A DNA stretch of 64,000 bases from Octopus vulgaris (taxonomy: Eukaryota): NCBI GenBank assembly GCA_951406725.2, contig OX597814.1, forward strand, positions 178,064,001 to 178,128,000, given 5' to 3'. Position numbers and translations under genes: made by a program. Positions 26,261-40,321 of the stretch are shown one piece after another. Every line of letters starts with the position of its first letter. Within the stretch, counting starts at the first letter, position 1. The notes beneath the pieces were generated by a model, which was not told the DNA's origin, searched no databases, and worked only from the letters and a program-made list of their open reading frames with translations.

Positions 26261-27781
26261 TGCTGTATATGTTGTATTTAGGCGATTAGTAGCTGCAGGT
26301 TTGTGTCCTGAGAACAGCCTCTTAAAAGCCCTAAGTGTTAAAAAACACTGAATACCTCCAACAAAGTGTTACTACTAGCCGCATGGGTGAATGAGAACGA
26401 TAGATAATGATATTTAATTGATAATTCAGTTCACCATCGTCGAATACCCTAGTCACATCGGAACGAATTATTATAGCGACTGATAATTCACAATTAAACA
26501 AATACATATTCGAATGTGTATGCGTGCGTGTCTATATGTATCTATGTGTGTATGTATGTATGTATGTATGTGGTAGATAATGCCAAATTGCCTATAGATA
26601 TTCATAATTATAAATATGAAAATATGTGAATTACAGTTACAGGTTGATAGCAGAGATAAGTGAATACAAATTTGTTCGGTGATTATTTAATATAACTATA
26701 TTTAACTTGTAACAACATATTTTACTAACTGGAGAACCACCGCTAACTTCCAGTATCATGAATTCCTGAATTCTCCATTCGATTCCAGGATTCTAATACA
26801 CATCTTTTATAAATGCACAATATTTCTCTTTTCTGTCAAAAGTCTTGATTCAGAGTGTGCATATTCGTATCAATGATAACGCAATATTTCGTTTAATATT
26901 GTGTGCATGGCTATTTCCAAAGTATCAAACTATTGTGAACACACTATTGAAAGTGTCGGTTAAGAAGCTGTACAAATCATGTGTAAGAAGAGTGCAATTC
27001 ATGTATAATTTATTATTGATGTGAGTCGGGGCGTGGATAAGAGAGAAGGAGGGAAGGGAAAGTCCGAGAAGACATTTAAAAGGATCCTTTTTTCTTTAGA
27101 TAGAATATTTGAAAGGATCTTTTTTTAGATAGACAATAATTGTGGCTGGCAAATACGACAAGAAAAGCGCTGAAATCTTCACTTTCGTTTGCCTTGTTGT
27201 TATTTAGGTTCAACAGTGAACGTACAAATGTTACTTCAGTTATCATACGTGAAACAGACAGCAACAATAAATTCATTCACTTTTCGCTTTGTCTCCGGTC
27301 TTTTTAAAGTGTCTTTCCACGTGACTTTCAGTGCCTGCCATAAGGAGATAAATACGCATGGCATTCACAGGGAGCATTCAGTTATAAAGCTACCCACGAA
27401 GATAGAAATGGACAATACTACAGAACACAACTACAAGTGTACCGATAGGCACACACAAACCGACACGCGCTCGAGCACACACATAATGGCAAATGTGTAT
27501 ACAAATCATATTATGTGGCTATAAAAGAAAATATTTCTTTATGCAAAGGTTATTAGCATTGAACTAGATAATTAGAAAGAGATGAGTACAGTATATAGTT
27601 CTATATCATGGACTAAAGCATGGATGGACACGACGAGGCAATGCTATACACAACAACATCGGTAAATAATATCATTAAATATATGTAGAATTCGTCTATG
27701 TATAACAATAACAGCTCTAGCGTTATGTGTACTTCTGTTTATAATTTATTCCATTTAATATGCATACATCTCACATATATG

Positions 27782-27834
<53 letters not shown>

Positions 27835-28088
27835 TAGCGCACGCGCATGTTTGTGTGTGTGAGTAAGCATGGTCACAAGTGGATATGGAGGTATATGTGT
27901 TAATATATATTTTTAATTCATACACAGATACGCACACACATACATATAGATAGATAGGTAGGTAGATATGTTTATTTATTAGCCACACAACGCTGAACAC
28001 AGACGGGACAAATTACAAAGTAGAGCTTTTCTTTGGGGGAGAAAAAAGGGGGAGTAGGTTTTCGATCAAAAGGGATCGTAAAATAAAT

Positions 28089-28090
<2 letters not shown>

Positions 28091-28158
<68 letters not shown>
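28091..28158. repeat. (AGAT)n microsatellite
   Basis: Directly visible. Confidence 0.95.
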
Positions 28159-28402
28159 GAATGCATGTATCTATATGCGCTTGAGTGTATGCGTATGTGT
28201 GAATATGTCTGCTTGTACGGTCACGATGCCACGGAAACATGCATACATACATATATCAAAGACAAATATGAAAAACATGATAAGTTTTAAAAGAATATGA
28301 ATCATATTCCTTTTCTTCGGCTCTCTGAGTCTTCCCCTGTGAGATATTGTCCATGTTCTTATCATAACCACAGAATCCTTGCATCTTAATAGTGTGTGTG
28401 TC

Positions 28403-28436
<34 letters not shown>

Positions 28437-28499
28437 TATATAAAACACCACGAAGTTTTATAATGTCTACTTTTTTACTATTGCTACTACCAATTATCT

Positions 28500-29080
28500 T
28501 TTGATGTTTTTGCTGCCTCAGCAGCTACTGTACATGTTGGTGTTGTTACTGTTGCTTGTATTATTAATTCTAGTATTCTATCTTGACATTTATGCACCTG
28601 TTGTTTTTGCTGCTTATATTTATCATTGTCGTCAACCTTCTCTTCTTCTTCCTCCTCGTCCTCAACACCGTCAACATTATTACCACCGTCGTCGTCGTCG
28701 TCGTCGTCGTCACCATCATCATCATCGTGGTCATGATAGTGATGCGAAAAAATTCTTATTATTATCATCATATTATTATCATCATCGTTGTCATCACTAT
28801 TCGTCTCCTCCTCATCTTCGATATATAAATCGATTTTATTTACCATAGACATTCCAACTAATAATAGTACTTTTGATGAGAAGGTTTTAGAACATATCAT
28901 CGTCACTATTACTCGAATACCATTTTATTTATTCGAACTGCAAAGAATGGATTTCAAAGTAGCCGTGGGGATAAAACCCAGGCGGTATTCAACCGTAAGA
29001 CACAATGAAAGGCATTTTGCCAACACTAATAATTCTGCCACTCCAATACTACTACTGCTACTACTACTACAACAACAGCA

Positions 29081-29114
<34 letters not shown>

Positions 29115-29136
29115 ATAATAATAATAATGATAATAA
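28500..29136. repeat. decayed trinucleotide repeats (GTC/ATC/CTA/ATA)
   Basis: Poly-D/E/V/L/S ORFs in all frames come from triplet runs; includes a SINE A remnant at about 28945-29040. Confidence 0.85.
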
Positions 29137-29333
29137 TCCTTTCTACTATAGGCACAAGGCCTGAAATTTGGGGGGAAGGGATGAGTCGATTACATCGACC
29201 CCAGTCCAGTGTTTCACTGGTACTTATTTTCCCGACCTCGAAAAGATGTAAGGCAAAGTCAACCTCGGCGGAATTTGAACTCAGAACATAGTGACAGGCG
29301 AAATGACTAATGACTCTGCCAGCACACCGCCTT
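29137..29333 (-). mobile_element. SINE family A variant
   Basis: cgaccccagt..ctggtacttattt..aggcaaagtcaacctcggcggaatttgaactcagaac..ctgccagc..cgcctt. Confidence 0.85.
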
Positions 29334-29355
29334 AACAACAGCAACAACAACAAGA

Positions 29356-30190
29356 ATAAGTGCCGATACCGCAACGAAGGGATTGAATCAGTGGACCACA
29401 TAATCTGTGGGTATAAGGTTTTTAGCACCTGTAGAGTGCCAATCAAAACATGACAGAATTGCCTGATATCTACATTGGATAACGTGTCACCATTTTTAGA
29501 TTAAAAATGGTACAAGCACCACCCTGAAGCTGTAACTGAGGGAGAAAATGTAGCGATTCTTTGGGACTTTCCAGGATGTACAGACAATACCATCAAAGCA
29601 GATAAACCAGATATTATTGTAAAAGACCAAAGCAATAAAGTCTGTTTATTGATTAATATGAGGATACCCTGTGACCATAATATCTCGGCAAAAGCATTAT
29701 ATAAGTTCTGAAAATATAAAGATTTGCTAATCGAAATCAAAAAGAGGTGGCATCACAAGACGTTCAGAGTACCAGTGAGTGCAGGAGCACTTAGAATTAT
29801 TAGAAAAGCAATTGAAAATTATTTTTAAATGATTCCTGGGTTACCATCCATGCAGGAAGTGCAAAAGACTGTCTTAACTGATACGTCACACGTACTGAGA
29901 AAAGTATTCTCGCTCTGAATCATCTTTCCCTTCTTCCTCTTTAATTTCTGTTTTTTCTTTCCTTTTTTTGTCTGTTGATCTTCTCCTTTTTATCTCTGTC
30001 GTTTTCCCCATTTTATCTCTGTCGTTTTCCCCTTTTTATCTATCATATGACTTTGTAAATGAATAATCTGGTGTGTTTATCTTAATATATACCAATATAT
30101 ACAGTTCGTTTCTCTGCCTTAGGGGTCAGGAAGTCACTCGGCAAGAAATGGAAACAGAATTGAAAGATGTTAATGAAAATGATAATAATA
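29356..30190 (+). mobile_element. R4/Dong-clade RLE non-LTR retrotransposon, 5'-truncated 3' end (copy 1)
   Basis: KCRY..IESVDHIICG (decayed CCHC knuckle), KHDRIA*YLHW, ILWDF..KPDIIVKD..CLLINMRIP (RHD and PD..D RLE motifs), QEVQKTVLTDTSHVLRKVFSL* (stop 29916-29918), 3' UTR, then (TAA)n. Confidence 0.92.
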
Positions 30191-30195
30191 GTAAT

Positions 30196-30429
30196 AAAGT
30201 ATTTTAGACAAATACATAACCAAAATATCAGGACTTACAAGTGCATATAACATACAGAAGATAGGATTACTAGGCACCGCACACATCCTACGTAAAGCAC
30301 TTTCAATAGAGTGAAAGTAAGAACACAACAACAAACTGCAGTACATACCAAATGAACACAGAGCAACGCTCGGTAGTGCAATGAAAGCACGTCATAAAAA
30401 TAGAACTACTGAATAATAATAATGAGAAT

Positions 30430-30480
<51 letters not shown>
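30196..30480 (+). mobile_element. R4/Dong-clade 3' end, different family (copy 2) with (TAA)n tail
   Basis: LDKYITKISGLTSAYNIQKIGLLGTAHILRKALSIE*, a distinct short UTR, then about 20 TAA units. Confidence 0.85.
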
Positions 30481-30481
<1 letters not shown>

Positions 30482-30755
30482 GATTATCTTAACTGGTACG
30501 TCACACGTAACGAGAAGAGCGTTGTCGCTGTAAATTTTCTCTCCTCTCCACTTTATTTGTTAGAGGTTTATTTTTCATTTTTTTCCAATTCTCTTCTGTC
30601 TTCCCCTTTCTCTTTATAAAGAGACTTTGTAAGTGAACAATCTGGTATGTTTATTTTAATGGCCTATCAATGTATACAGTACGTTTCTCTGCCCTAGGTG
30701 TCAGGAAGACATTCGGCAAGCAATGGAAACAGAATTGAAAGAAGATGCTAATGAA

Positions 30756-30787
<32 letters not shown>

Positions 30788-30810
30788 TGATAATAATAAT
30801 AATAATGCTG

Positions 30811-30900
<90 letters not shown>
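30482..30900 (+). mobile_element. R4/Dong-clade 3' end (copy 3, same family as copy 1) with (TAA)/(CTA)n tail
   Basis: cttaactggtacgtcacacgta..gactttgtaa..tctggt.tgtttat..tctctgcc.tagg.gtcaggaag..cggcaag.aatggaaacagaattgaaaga is collinear with 29873-30180. Confidence 0.9.
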
Positions 30901-32490
30901 TCCCCGTGTTAAATAACAACATGGATGTACACTAAGAACATCTTTCCACAAAACAAACTTAATCCAATAACATCGCTGCAATGGAAGGAAATCTTCGCGA
31001 TACAACAGTGGGAAAAGTTCTGTTAAAGCGAAGGAACTAAAACTCGGAAAGATTTTTGTTAAATACAGTTTATTTTATTTCTTAAATCGCGATATTTCAA
31101 TGTGACATAGGCAAGACGTCGAAATCAGCACCAGAAGCCCTGGAAAAACACCGCAAACGCACCAATTACATACTAAGTAGGCTGAAAATTAGCCAAATTA
31201 GGTCACAAATATCTCATGGTAGACCAAATGAAAACAGCAACAATGCTGATAAAATAGATAACAGATGCGCAGAATCCAGTGTACGAGCAATACATTCCAA
31301 CGCGGAAGCTGAAGGAAGAATGGTGAAGAACAGATACACGGAAAAAAAAGAAAAAAAAGACCTACCTCAAGAACACCAGAATAGATATGACACAGAATTT
31401 GAGGTGAATAATAAAGAGAAGATCATAGAAGCAAAAGAAGATATGAGAGAACTCAGCAAAACTGAATTTACTGACATGGCCTAAATCGAACCGCTTCCAA
31501 AGCTCTCAAACAGCATAAGAAATAACAACACAATCATGATATATAATGTTGCTCTGAGAGAGATCTTAAGAAATAAGGGAAATTGCTTAACGACCTTAAA
31601 TAAACTCATCTATTCCACTGCGATAGTTGTAACTGCTCAACTAGGTATCCGGACGACACAGAAAAAGACCAAGCATGTCAGACGTCCTAAGTGCCAAGTA
31701 GTAAGTGTATTTTGTAGAAGGACTGAATTATCTCATGGAGAGTCAATTGGTGACCCTCAGGATACTATGTACAGATATCAGAGCAGTTTGGAAGTGGACA
31801 AAGTTCTAAATAAGATGAAAGGATATGTGAAGGAAGTCTATCTATATAGGTTAAAAGTGATATTGAAAATGAACCTCAACGAGAAGAAAGTTGTTTCTGG
31901 TATCAAAGTTTCGGCTGTGTCGTTAGATATATTGTGGCTATATTGAAGTGGAACAAAGAATTGATAGAGCAGTTTGATGGGTTAAAGCTAAAGAATGCTT
32001 TGCAATTACACGCAAAGGCAAATGTCTTAATTCTATATACACTGACGAATCTTGGAGGACGAGGGCATATAAGTGCGAAAGTTTGTGAAATCCAGTATTC
32101 GAGAACTTTTAAGGTATATTGCTCAAAGTAGAGATCTATACATTGAAATCATTGAAAGTAAAGGAAATTGCAAACCGAGACTGCTAACTGAGAAATCGTA
32201 CATGAGAGTATGGAATTTAGGAGGTCAATTCGAAAGACAAAAGGAGGAAGTAATTGGTCGACAAAATGCAACGGAAATTAGGTGGAAAGAAGATGAAAAG
32301 TGCGACACACACTGAGAGTGCCTGTCACATTCTTATGCGGAGGGAATATGCAGGGATTCACGATAAAGTATACTTACACTCCACCGGTTTTTATGTAAGA
32401 AATATGGTTTTTCAATATGATATCGGTACAAACCAGAGATGTCTATAGAAAGTTACAAATTGCGAAACTCCTGTGGGACTTTACGATCTA
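30901..32490 (+). mobile_element. R4/Dong-clade LINE, internally deleted and decayed (copy 4)
   Basis: LTTLNKLIYSTAIVVTAQLG (N-terminal region); YRYQSSLEVDKV..KEVYLYRLKVILKMNLN..SAVS; ILKWNKELIEQFD..LHAKANV..LYT..LGGRGHIS (post-RT GGRGL motif); C..LMRREYAGIHDKVYLH; LLWDF. RT core absent. Confidence 0.8.
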
Positions 32491-32552
32491 CAAAAGTTAA
32501 TTGCAGTTTCATGCTTTAAACAAAATAGGGTCAAAACACCACAGATAGATTC

Positions 32553-32585
32553 ATGCATTTCGAACTCTTAGTTCTCATCAGCACC
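32553..32585 (-). ncRNA. minimal hammerhead core remnant
   Basis: G-CUGAUGA-GAAC(UAAGA)GUUC-GAA-AUGCAU-G: core and stem II intact, palindromic stem III, but G at the cleavage position and no stem I partner. Confidence 0.55.
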
Positions 32586-34348
32586 AGATACTCTCAGTCA
32601 TTGCATCGTGTATGTCTGCTCACAAATTTGTTGCTGACCAATATGCGTTATCATGCAATAATACGAATCTTTGCTTTATAGTCTGCTCAGAGTTGCCTCA
32701 TTGGTATCTACATTTATTTAATAATATTTCAATACTATTAATTTCATATTTTGCATCATCATTATCGATATGATCAACATTATGATCATGTTGATCTTCG
32801 TCCTCAATATGACAATGCTCGTCGTCATCATTCACATTTCCATCATTGTCATTATTTTTGCGTGAGAACATATCGCCACCCATCAAAGACCTTTGTTGTT
32901 TAAGTATATTATAGCATTTTAAAGGCAATGTGTATCGCAATTTTACTTTATTTTTATTTGTTTCCACTTCTGCGTACGAATCTAGCAATGGATAACGTGA
33001 ATTTCAGAATTTCGGTTTCGAGACAAAAAATGCTGGTTAAAAAACGGGCTCTATTTTATCGATTGTCTGCTTCCATACTTAAAATCATTATATGGTTCCA
33101 ATTTTAAAATTCCTAATGCCAAACCTAGAATTCGTAGATGAATTAAAGCGATAAATTCTTGTCCTACTATAATTTATTAACAGATGTTAAAATTTGCAAA
33201 CTTTTACACATAACTCCTGCCTTCGTTTCGTCTTATGTAGTCGAGAAGATAGGTTCCAACTACGCATTGGAACACAAACAGCACAAATTAAAAAAATCTT
33301 GCAGCCTTATGGCAATATTGTTGATATTACACAATCAGTAAGATTCTCCTTTACGCATATTATAGGCACCCAACTCTTTAAATGTTACTTGAATTCTTCG
33401 TAAATGCCTAAGTACATGCTAAATATTGCATCCGTTATTATTAATCAGCACCCTTCTAAGATGCCCCCACCCAACGATACTTAGTTTTCATTCAATTACT
33501 AAAGTTTAGGTATTAAAATTTTATATAAGCCATATTAGTTATCAGTACTGCTTAAATACAATTCATATATCCATGGACCTCCACTTTCTCTGAACCAACA
33601 CACATTATGGAGTGTCTGCCAAACGTTCTGATGCTGCCAATATTATGCTTTGAAGATGTGGTTCATTTAGTTTACGTGTTCTAACCAAAGCTAATGTCAT
33701 TAACAGTTTTGTTTGGAGAGACATTAAGATGTGCTAAATCGAGAAAACCACTCTCAAGAAAGCAGCAATCAAACAATTACATATAGCCATTGTGAAAGAA
33801 AAGATATATGTAACAATGGTATCAATTCATTTTTTCAGACATATTGTATCGATTGATGTTAATGACAAATGCGATGAACAATACTGACTTTAATAAACGC
33901 ATTGTTCGCGTTAAAAATTTATTTGCATATTTTTTGTACTTTTAGACAAATTGTAAATGAACGTATGTAAGTGGTCTCTTGTAGTTCACCCTCTCTACGT
34001 AGTATGTTACTCAAGCAAACAATGCAGACCTATTGATACAAATATAAGTGCAGGTCTGTGTAAACAAAAATGTAATAGCAATAATATTCAAATTGAATTA
34101 AACCTAATACAAGTAGCTTTAAATGTACAAATCATAGATTGAAATACAAGCATATATATATATATATATGTATGTATTATTCAAAGGAATTCAAACTCTG
34201 TCTGTTTTTTATGTTTTATTTATATTCTTTAGAATATTAATGTAGAATATAGAATATATAGTATATATAGTGTATATATAGTAAAATGAAATGAAGTATT
34301 GATTGTCTTATTGAATAGATGAAATATTGAATATCAAATATTAAGAGA

Positions 34349-34403
<55 letters not shown>

Positions 34404-34472
34404 GTATATATATGATGCATCACGGAGTTATATATATATAAGTATATATATGTATATACATGTGTGTATTAT

Positions 34473-34795
34473 GAAGGCACAATGTCCCAGTGGTTAAGGT
34501 AGCGGACTCGCGGTTTCAATTCCCATACAGGCCGCCGTGGGTGTTTATTAAGTGAAAACACCTAAAGCTCCAGGACGCTACAGCATGGGGTAGTGGCGAT
34601 CACTGCTGTACACTTTCACCACAACTTTCTCTCACTCTTTCTTCTTGTTTCTGTTGTACCATTATTTCGAGGGTCCAGCCCTGTCACTCTCTGTGTCACA
34701 CTGATTCTCTACGGGAACTACGTTAATGGTACACGTGTCTGTGGAATGCTCTGCCACTTGCACGTTAATTTCACGAGGAGGATCTTCCGTTGATG
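34473..34795 (+). mobile_element. SINE family C (tail type 1), degenerate
   Basis: cccagtggttaaggtagcggactcgcgg..aaacacctaaagctcc..ctttcaccacaactttctctcactc..ggtacacgtgtctgtgga..cacgttaatttcacgag. Confidence 0.88.
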
Positions 34796-34802
34796 AATAT
34801 AT

Positions 34803-34834
<32 letters not shown>

Positions 34835-34835
34835 G

Positions 34836-34891
<56 letters not shown>

Positions 34892-35187
34892 TGTACGTAT
34901 GTATGTATATTACTCAAAGCCAATTTTGGACAAGTGGCTATAGTCGTCAGCCACTACGTAAGCAACTTCTATGTACACAATTTGAGGTAAATATGTATAT
35001 TGAAAAAAATCTATGCAAACCTCATCACATATGCGTGTGTGCGTGCGCATTTGTATATGTATGTGTGTGTGTAACTCCTGCAAAATTCAATCGTATCAAA
35101 ATGTGCTTATTTACAGATTTCCAACTTCTTAGTATGTAAGATTATAAGCGCATATTTTGCCATTTTATTTTCGGTGAACCAATATTT

Positions 35188-35235
<48 letters not shown>

Positions 35236-35747
35236 TACAACTTAAAAATCGTTTCCTTTTTGCCTAGAAGAAATAGCTACACCGAAATAATATTAATAAT
35301 CGATGTATACGTATATATTCCCATTTCTCTCCGTTGTACGACATGAGAAACAGCTGGATCTTTAGACCTAAAAGGGAGGGTAGTTTTAATAATATATTTA
35401 ATAAAATATAGTGTGTTGTAACTTGCTATATATAAATGTATTCCTTACCCTAGGAAAATTAAACTTTTTTACTGTCACTGTATTGATTTCCCTTAGGAGT
35501 TTCATATTTATGCCGAAAATGTGCAACACTGTATTAAATGCACAACATAATTAGAATATTTATCCAACACCCATGCACGAAAAGTGCATTAAAAGTTCAA
35601 CTGAATGCTTCGAGAAATTTTGTTATAGAGATACTACTGGGATTACCCACTATCTAATATCACACGCTTATTTACCTACCAGTCCTCAGAGAGATGAATC
35701 TTAACAGATGTTGCAACCTGTTAAAACAATGACCTTACCAGAAGGCA

Positions 35748-35779
<32 letters not shown>

Positions 35780-35920
35780 CGAATCAAAACAGTATGATTC
35801 AAATTCCTTAAAATTCCGAGTTTCAAACGAAAGAATGGCACTCAAGTTAAGAATGGCTTAAGACTAGCAACACGCTTGAAACTCGGAATTTTAAGGAATT
35901 TGAATCATATATATATATAT

Positions 35921-36060
35921 AGGCGAAGAATTCACAAAAAAACAAAAGACGAAGACAGGTGGTGTAGCTAAAAAAACTGATTTATTAGTATAACGCTCAG
36001 TAAGTGAAAAAGTCTTTAACGAGCCTACGCTCTTCAACAGAAAGAGACAAGGGGAGAAAA
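35921..36060 (-). mobile_element. hammerhead-bearing repeat related to 54519 and 26105, core partly deleted
   Basis: Between (TA)n runs; tattagtataacgctc motif. Minus strand UUU-CUGUUGA-A-GAGC(GUAG)GCUC-GUUAAAG, with GAAAC lost. Confidence 0.6.
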
Positions 36061-39000
36061 TATACATACATATATATATGTATACATTGATATTCATATA
36101 TATGAATATATGTATATATAGACACATATATACACACACACACATTATATGAGAGAGAGAGAGAGCGCGAGATATGTATGTATATATGTATGCGTGTGTG
36201 TGAGTGCATTTGTTTATAGGTGTATATGTGCCAGAATTATTCAGTTGGGAAGACGTCAACTATATAGATTTTATATCAAATTGTTAAGGGTAACTTCAGT
36301 ACGACTTCATTTCGGCCACGTTATTTATACAGATAATAAAGAATGAATAGAAACTTAAGAGATGAAATAAGGTACTTATCACGATGTCAAAATCGATCCC
36401 ACAGAGAAATTCCGTCCATTTATATTTGTTAATCAGCAGAAGTGCCCAAATGATTCATAGCATATAATTCGTTAATGAAAGTAAAACTACGCAGCTTATA
36501 AGTCTCTTTGACTAATCAGCAGCCTTCATTATTGGGTAAAAATGTGTCCTGGCTACAAAACAATTCAAATACATCATTAGCATGCGAACCCATTCTATAC
36601 TTTGCCCTCTATACCCCCAATAAACCATTATCAGTATATTTTGTTTAATCATACGAAAAGATTATTCATGCATTGTGTGACAATGAAATATTACAAATTA
36701 TATTTTCGGGAGCAGCAGTCTTTCCCTAGCCCTAAGGCATGCTTATCTGTAATAGAAAATACAAGTACATATATAATACTGTGAAGTATTCTGTCAGTTG
36801 AGAAAAGCCACGTTTATCATATGGAATGCTCAACCGTGCAATAAAAATAAAATTTCAAGGAGAGACGATTGTGCTTGAGTTCGTGACAAGATTCAATGAC
36901 CGACTTACAATATCAGAACATTTTTTTTTTAACCATGGCAGGTTTCCAGATACATTTTGTCTTACATAGTGTATCTAATAACAACGTTTCTTTAATGGGT
37001 GAACACTATTTTCTGGCGGTGGATACTGATACGGGAATACCAATTCCATAATGATAAAAGCTCAGAATTTTCCATTTGCAAATACAACACAATTTTACTT
37101 GACAGATACTGAAAAACTTATGAAAAGTATTAAATACGTTACTGTTAGTAAGAGCATACACTTCATCTTCTAGTTATACAATCTTAAAAGCTATACGACA
37201 GATTGTATGATGTTCTTTACAAATAGTTTACAAAAATAACCACCACTAGCACGGTCGAAAGATTATTGGTTACCGTTTGCGTAGCCAAGAAGGTGCTACA
37301 TTTTATGATGGTTATAAATTGCAAGATGAAATTATTTGTGACTTTACTACAGTATAAGTGAAATGAAATGGCCCCCGTCGGGTATTAAAGCGGAATTGAC
37401 CGAAGTTTACTTCTTACTTTATACACAGAGGAAATGAAGCAGACAAGTTTGTCTCGTACATTAGTTAAAAGCTAAGAATGTATAGAAGAGGTGTAATCTA
37501 CAGCGCAAACGTCATTTCATATCTAGTGCGTTAAGAAATCCCTGATGGGCTTTGATTCAAAATGCAGAATTATAAAACTATATATACTATAATTGACTTT
37601 ATCCGACTTTTACGCGTCTTGGCTAACGTAATTACTTTAGATGAAATAAAAATATTCATCTGCAAATTTTGGTAGGAGGCCACGAATTTACAGAAAAGTT
37701 GTGCGGTGGGTATAAACAAAACCAATAAATGATGGTCATTTAATTAAAAGGTGAAACCCAAATGAATGAAGCCTAAAGTAGACTTTACTGAGCTTTGCAT
37801 ATAAAATGACTTATTTCTGCAACCTATTGCTACTCCTCTGTAAGGTTATAAGAAATATATAAAGACTTTTGACATTGTGAAAAACAATGAAATGTGTACA
37901 AGGGCATAGTTGATTAACTTTTGTCCGATTTATATAGTTCATCAATCAAAGAGTGATGAATGCAGGAGACAACACCTGGGGGATGTGAATCCATATAAAG
38001 GGATGTAACTAAATTTCAGAAGGCACTTTAGTTTGTAGTTATAATAATTCTGTCATCTACCGCAATCTCAGGTGGAAATATTGATTTATTACATACTTTA
38101 GTCAAAATAATGCTACGCAATGAAAATATTAAAATAAATTAAAATGAAACTGAAATTCAAGCAAGAGAATAACATTTAAAATTGTAGACATCTATACTGA
38201 ACATTAAATGAATGCAAAAAAAATCAACAAAAGTTAACGAAAATGTAATCTTGTTAACTATTTTATGCTGTTTCAAATATTTTGCTTTATTTATATAATT
38301 TCTGCTTTTTATTTTTTCCTTCATTTATTTTTTGCAATTTAATTATATATTTTCATTGCTCCGTGTTCATAATAGATTTAGACTGTTGATAATAAAAATT
38401 CCATTAGTTGTGTCTTGGAAAATAAAATAATATAGAATATAATTCATTATAGTTATCATTTCTCTAGGCACAAGGCCAATTTTTATCTGAGGACGGACAT
38501 TATATACAGGAGCTCTTTCGTTTTAGTACACTCTTTATATTCTATATTATGAAGATATCGCTGTTATGCTTAAACCCCAGGTCAGTCTCCATCAGGCAGT
38601 CCGATGATCATTGGCATAGCAGTCTTGATTATCCCGTCTTACTATAATCTGCTATGCATCATTAATGTATTTAAACCTTTATCAGTCTTGTGTATCATAT
38701 GTGGTACATAGAACATATTTCTAGTGACCGTGCATCATATACAATGAGTATTTTCAATTTTTTTTTAACTAGCAGAGTAATTTAAGCTTTATGCAATAAA
38801 TGCTTTATATTCTACAGAACGTATGAAAAAGGGATAAATAAAAGACTGAAAAGATACCATGCACGTTTCGGACAAACTTCGAAAATATTTGGACAGGTAA
38901 AGGGATGAAATGGTTTCTGTAATTTCAGGCAGATTTTGCTGTTATATTTACTAGGTAGAGTAGAGCAACAACCGTAGTAGCTCTCTCACTGACACGAGCA

Positions 39001-39375
39001 TCGTTATGGCTGAAAAATTGTATTCGATAAGTCTTCTGTTAGTAGCATTTTAATTGTTAGATGTAGGTGCGTAATGTAAAACTAATGAAAATCAAGGTAA
39101 AAGTGAGTTTTTCTAAAATTCAGGGATCACAATTGCAAGTACTTTAAAAAATTTAATCTTAAGTCTCACTGGTAATGTGGCAAACCTCTTAGTTACTAAA
39201 AAAACGTCGATAATGTTGTTTTGTTACTATAATTATGAAATTTCTCTCATTCATTAACATTTGGGACATGTCAGCGTCGACGGAGACAAGGACCAAACAA
39301 CGTGGTACACACATCGATTCCAAGTATATCCGAGACTGGCCCTTATTACTACATATGTAGATGTAAAAACCATAC

Positions 39376-39419
<44 letters not shown>

Positions 39420-39706
39420 CTGTGTATATATCTATATCTATATATGCACACACATACAGACATACACACTCATGCTCACACACACACACGCTAATGATGT
39501 AGATGTCAATTCCATCATTTTATGGCTGGGTGTATATATATGATGTACATAGAGAAAATTTAAACTGTCTTGAAGCATATTTGCTTATTCCAGTGTTACA
39601 ATCCCGTATGTAATTGTTGCTATAGTTGTATTGATGTGATTTACATCTTAGAGATGAGCATTCTGAAAATACTTTTTTGCGGAGGTATTACATAACAAGC
39701 CAGAGT

Positions 39707-39978
39707 GTTGGAATATTTTTCGTGTATCATTTATTAACCATTACAGCTATTTCGCTTGCTAAAAGGAAACACAATGCTGTACCTGTTAGATAAACATGTA
39801 AGAAATTTACTACTAGAATTTCTTCAGGCAGAGTACTAAGTAATATCATTTGATACTCTGCCTAATGAATTTCCAATAAGGAATTTCTTATATGTTTAAC
39901 TTACATGTACAACTTTGTAATTCCTCCTGGAAATGAAGCATGTAATGGTGAATATATAATACTCAAACAATTTCCAAC
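39707..39978. mobile_element. diverged self-inverted element with hammerhead remnants in both arms
   Basis: gttggaa..accattaca..aaacatgtaagaaatt..ggcagagta versus tactctgcc..aatttcttatatgttt..tgtaatggt..ttccaac. Left arm on the minus strand: CUGAAGA...GAAAU-AGCU-GUA. Right arm: CUAAUGA. Confidence 0.65.
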
Positions 39979-39988
39979 TTTGCGTTCC

Positions 39989-40045
<57 letters not shown>

Positions 40046-40243
40046 AGTAGGTGAATGAATTATCCTAGTATGGATAATTCGGTTAATCGAAACCTGGGTA
40101 GCAAATTCACGTCTGAAAACACGGTTGAAGCTACATGCCAAGGGCAGAAACCCCGTGTTCTTGTGTGGAAATTTGTGTGTTTTTTTTTAATATGAATAAA
40201 TGAAAGAATGGAGTCGCACAAAGATTTTAACAACTTTCCTTTA

Positions 40244-40321
40244 CTCTCAACACATGTTTCGAAGACTGCATACTCTCAATTCCAAAGGAATTGAGAGTAT
40301 GCCGTTTTCTCATCAGGAAAG
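40244..40321 (-). ncRNA. type I hammerhead ribozyme motif with intact core
   Basis: CUUUC-CUGAUGA-GAAAAC-G-[GCAUACUCUCAAUUCC-UUU-GGAAUUGAGAGUAUGC]-A-GUCUUC-GAAAC-AUGU-GUU-GAGAG: 5-bp stem I (one G-U), stem II with a perfect 16-bp helix, 2-bp stem III, GUU triplet. Confidence 0.8.

Noticed and set aside
33194-33403. LINE ORF1/RRM-like fragment KKILQPYGNIVDIT
   Set aside because: One short motif without supporting context; needs a profile search.
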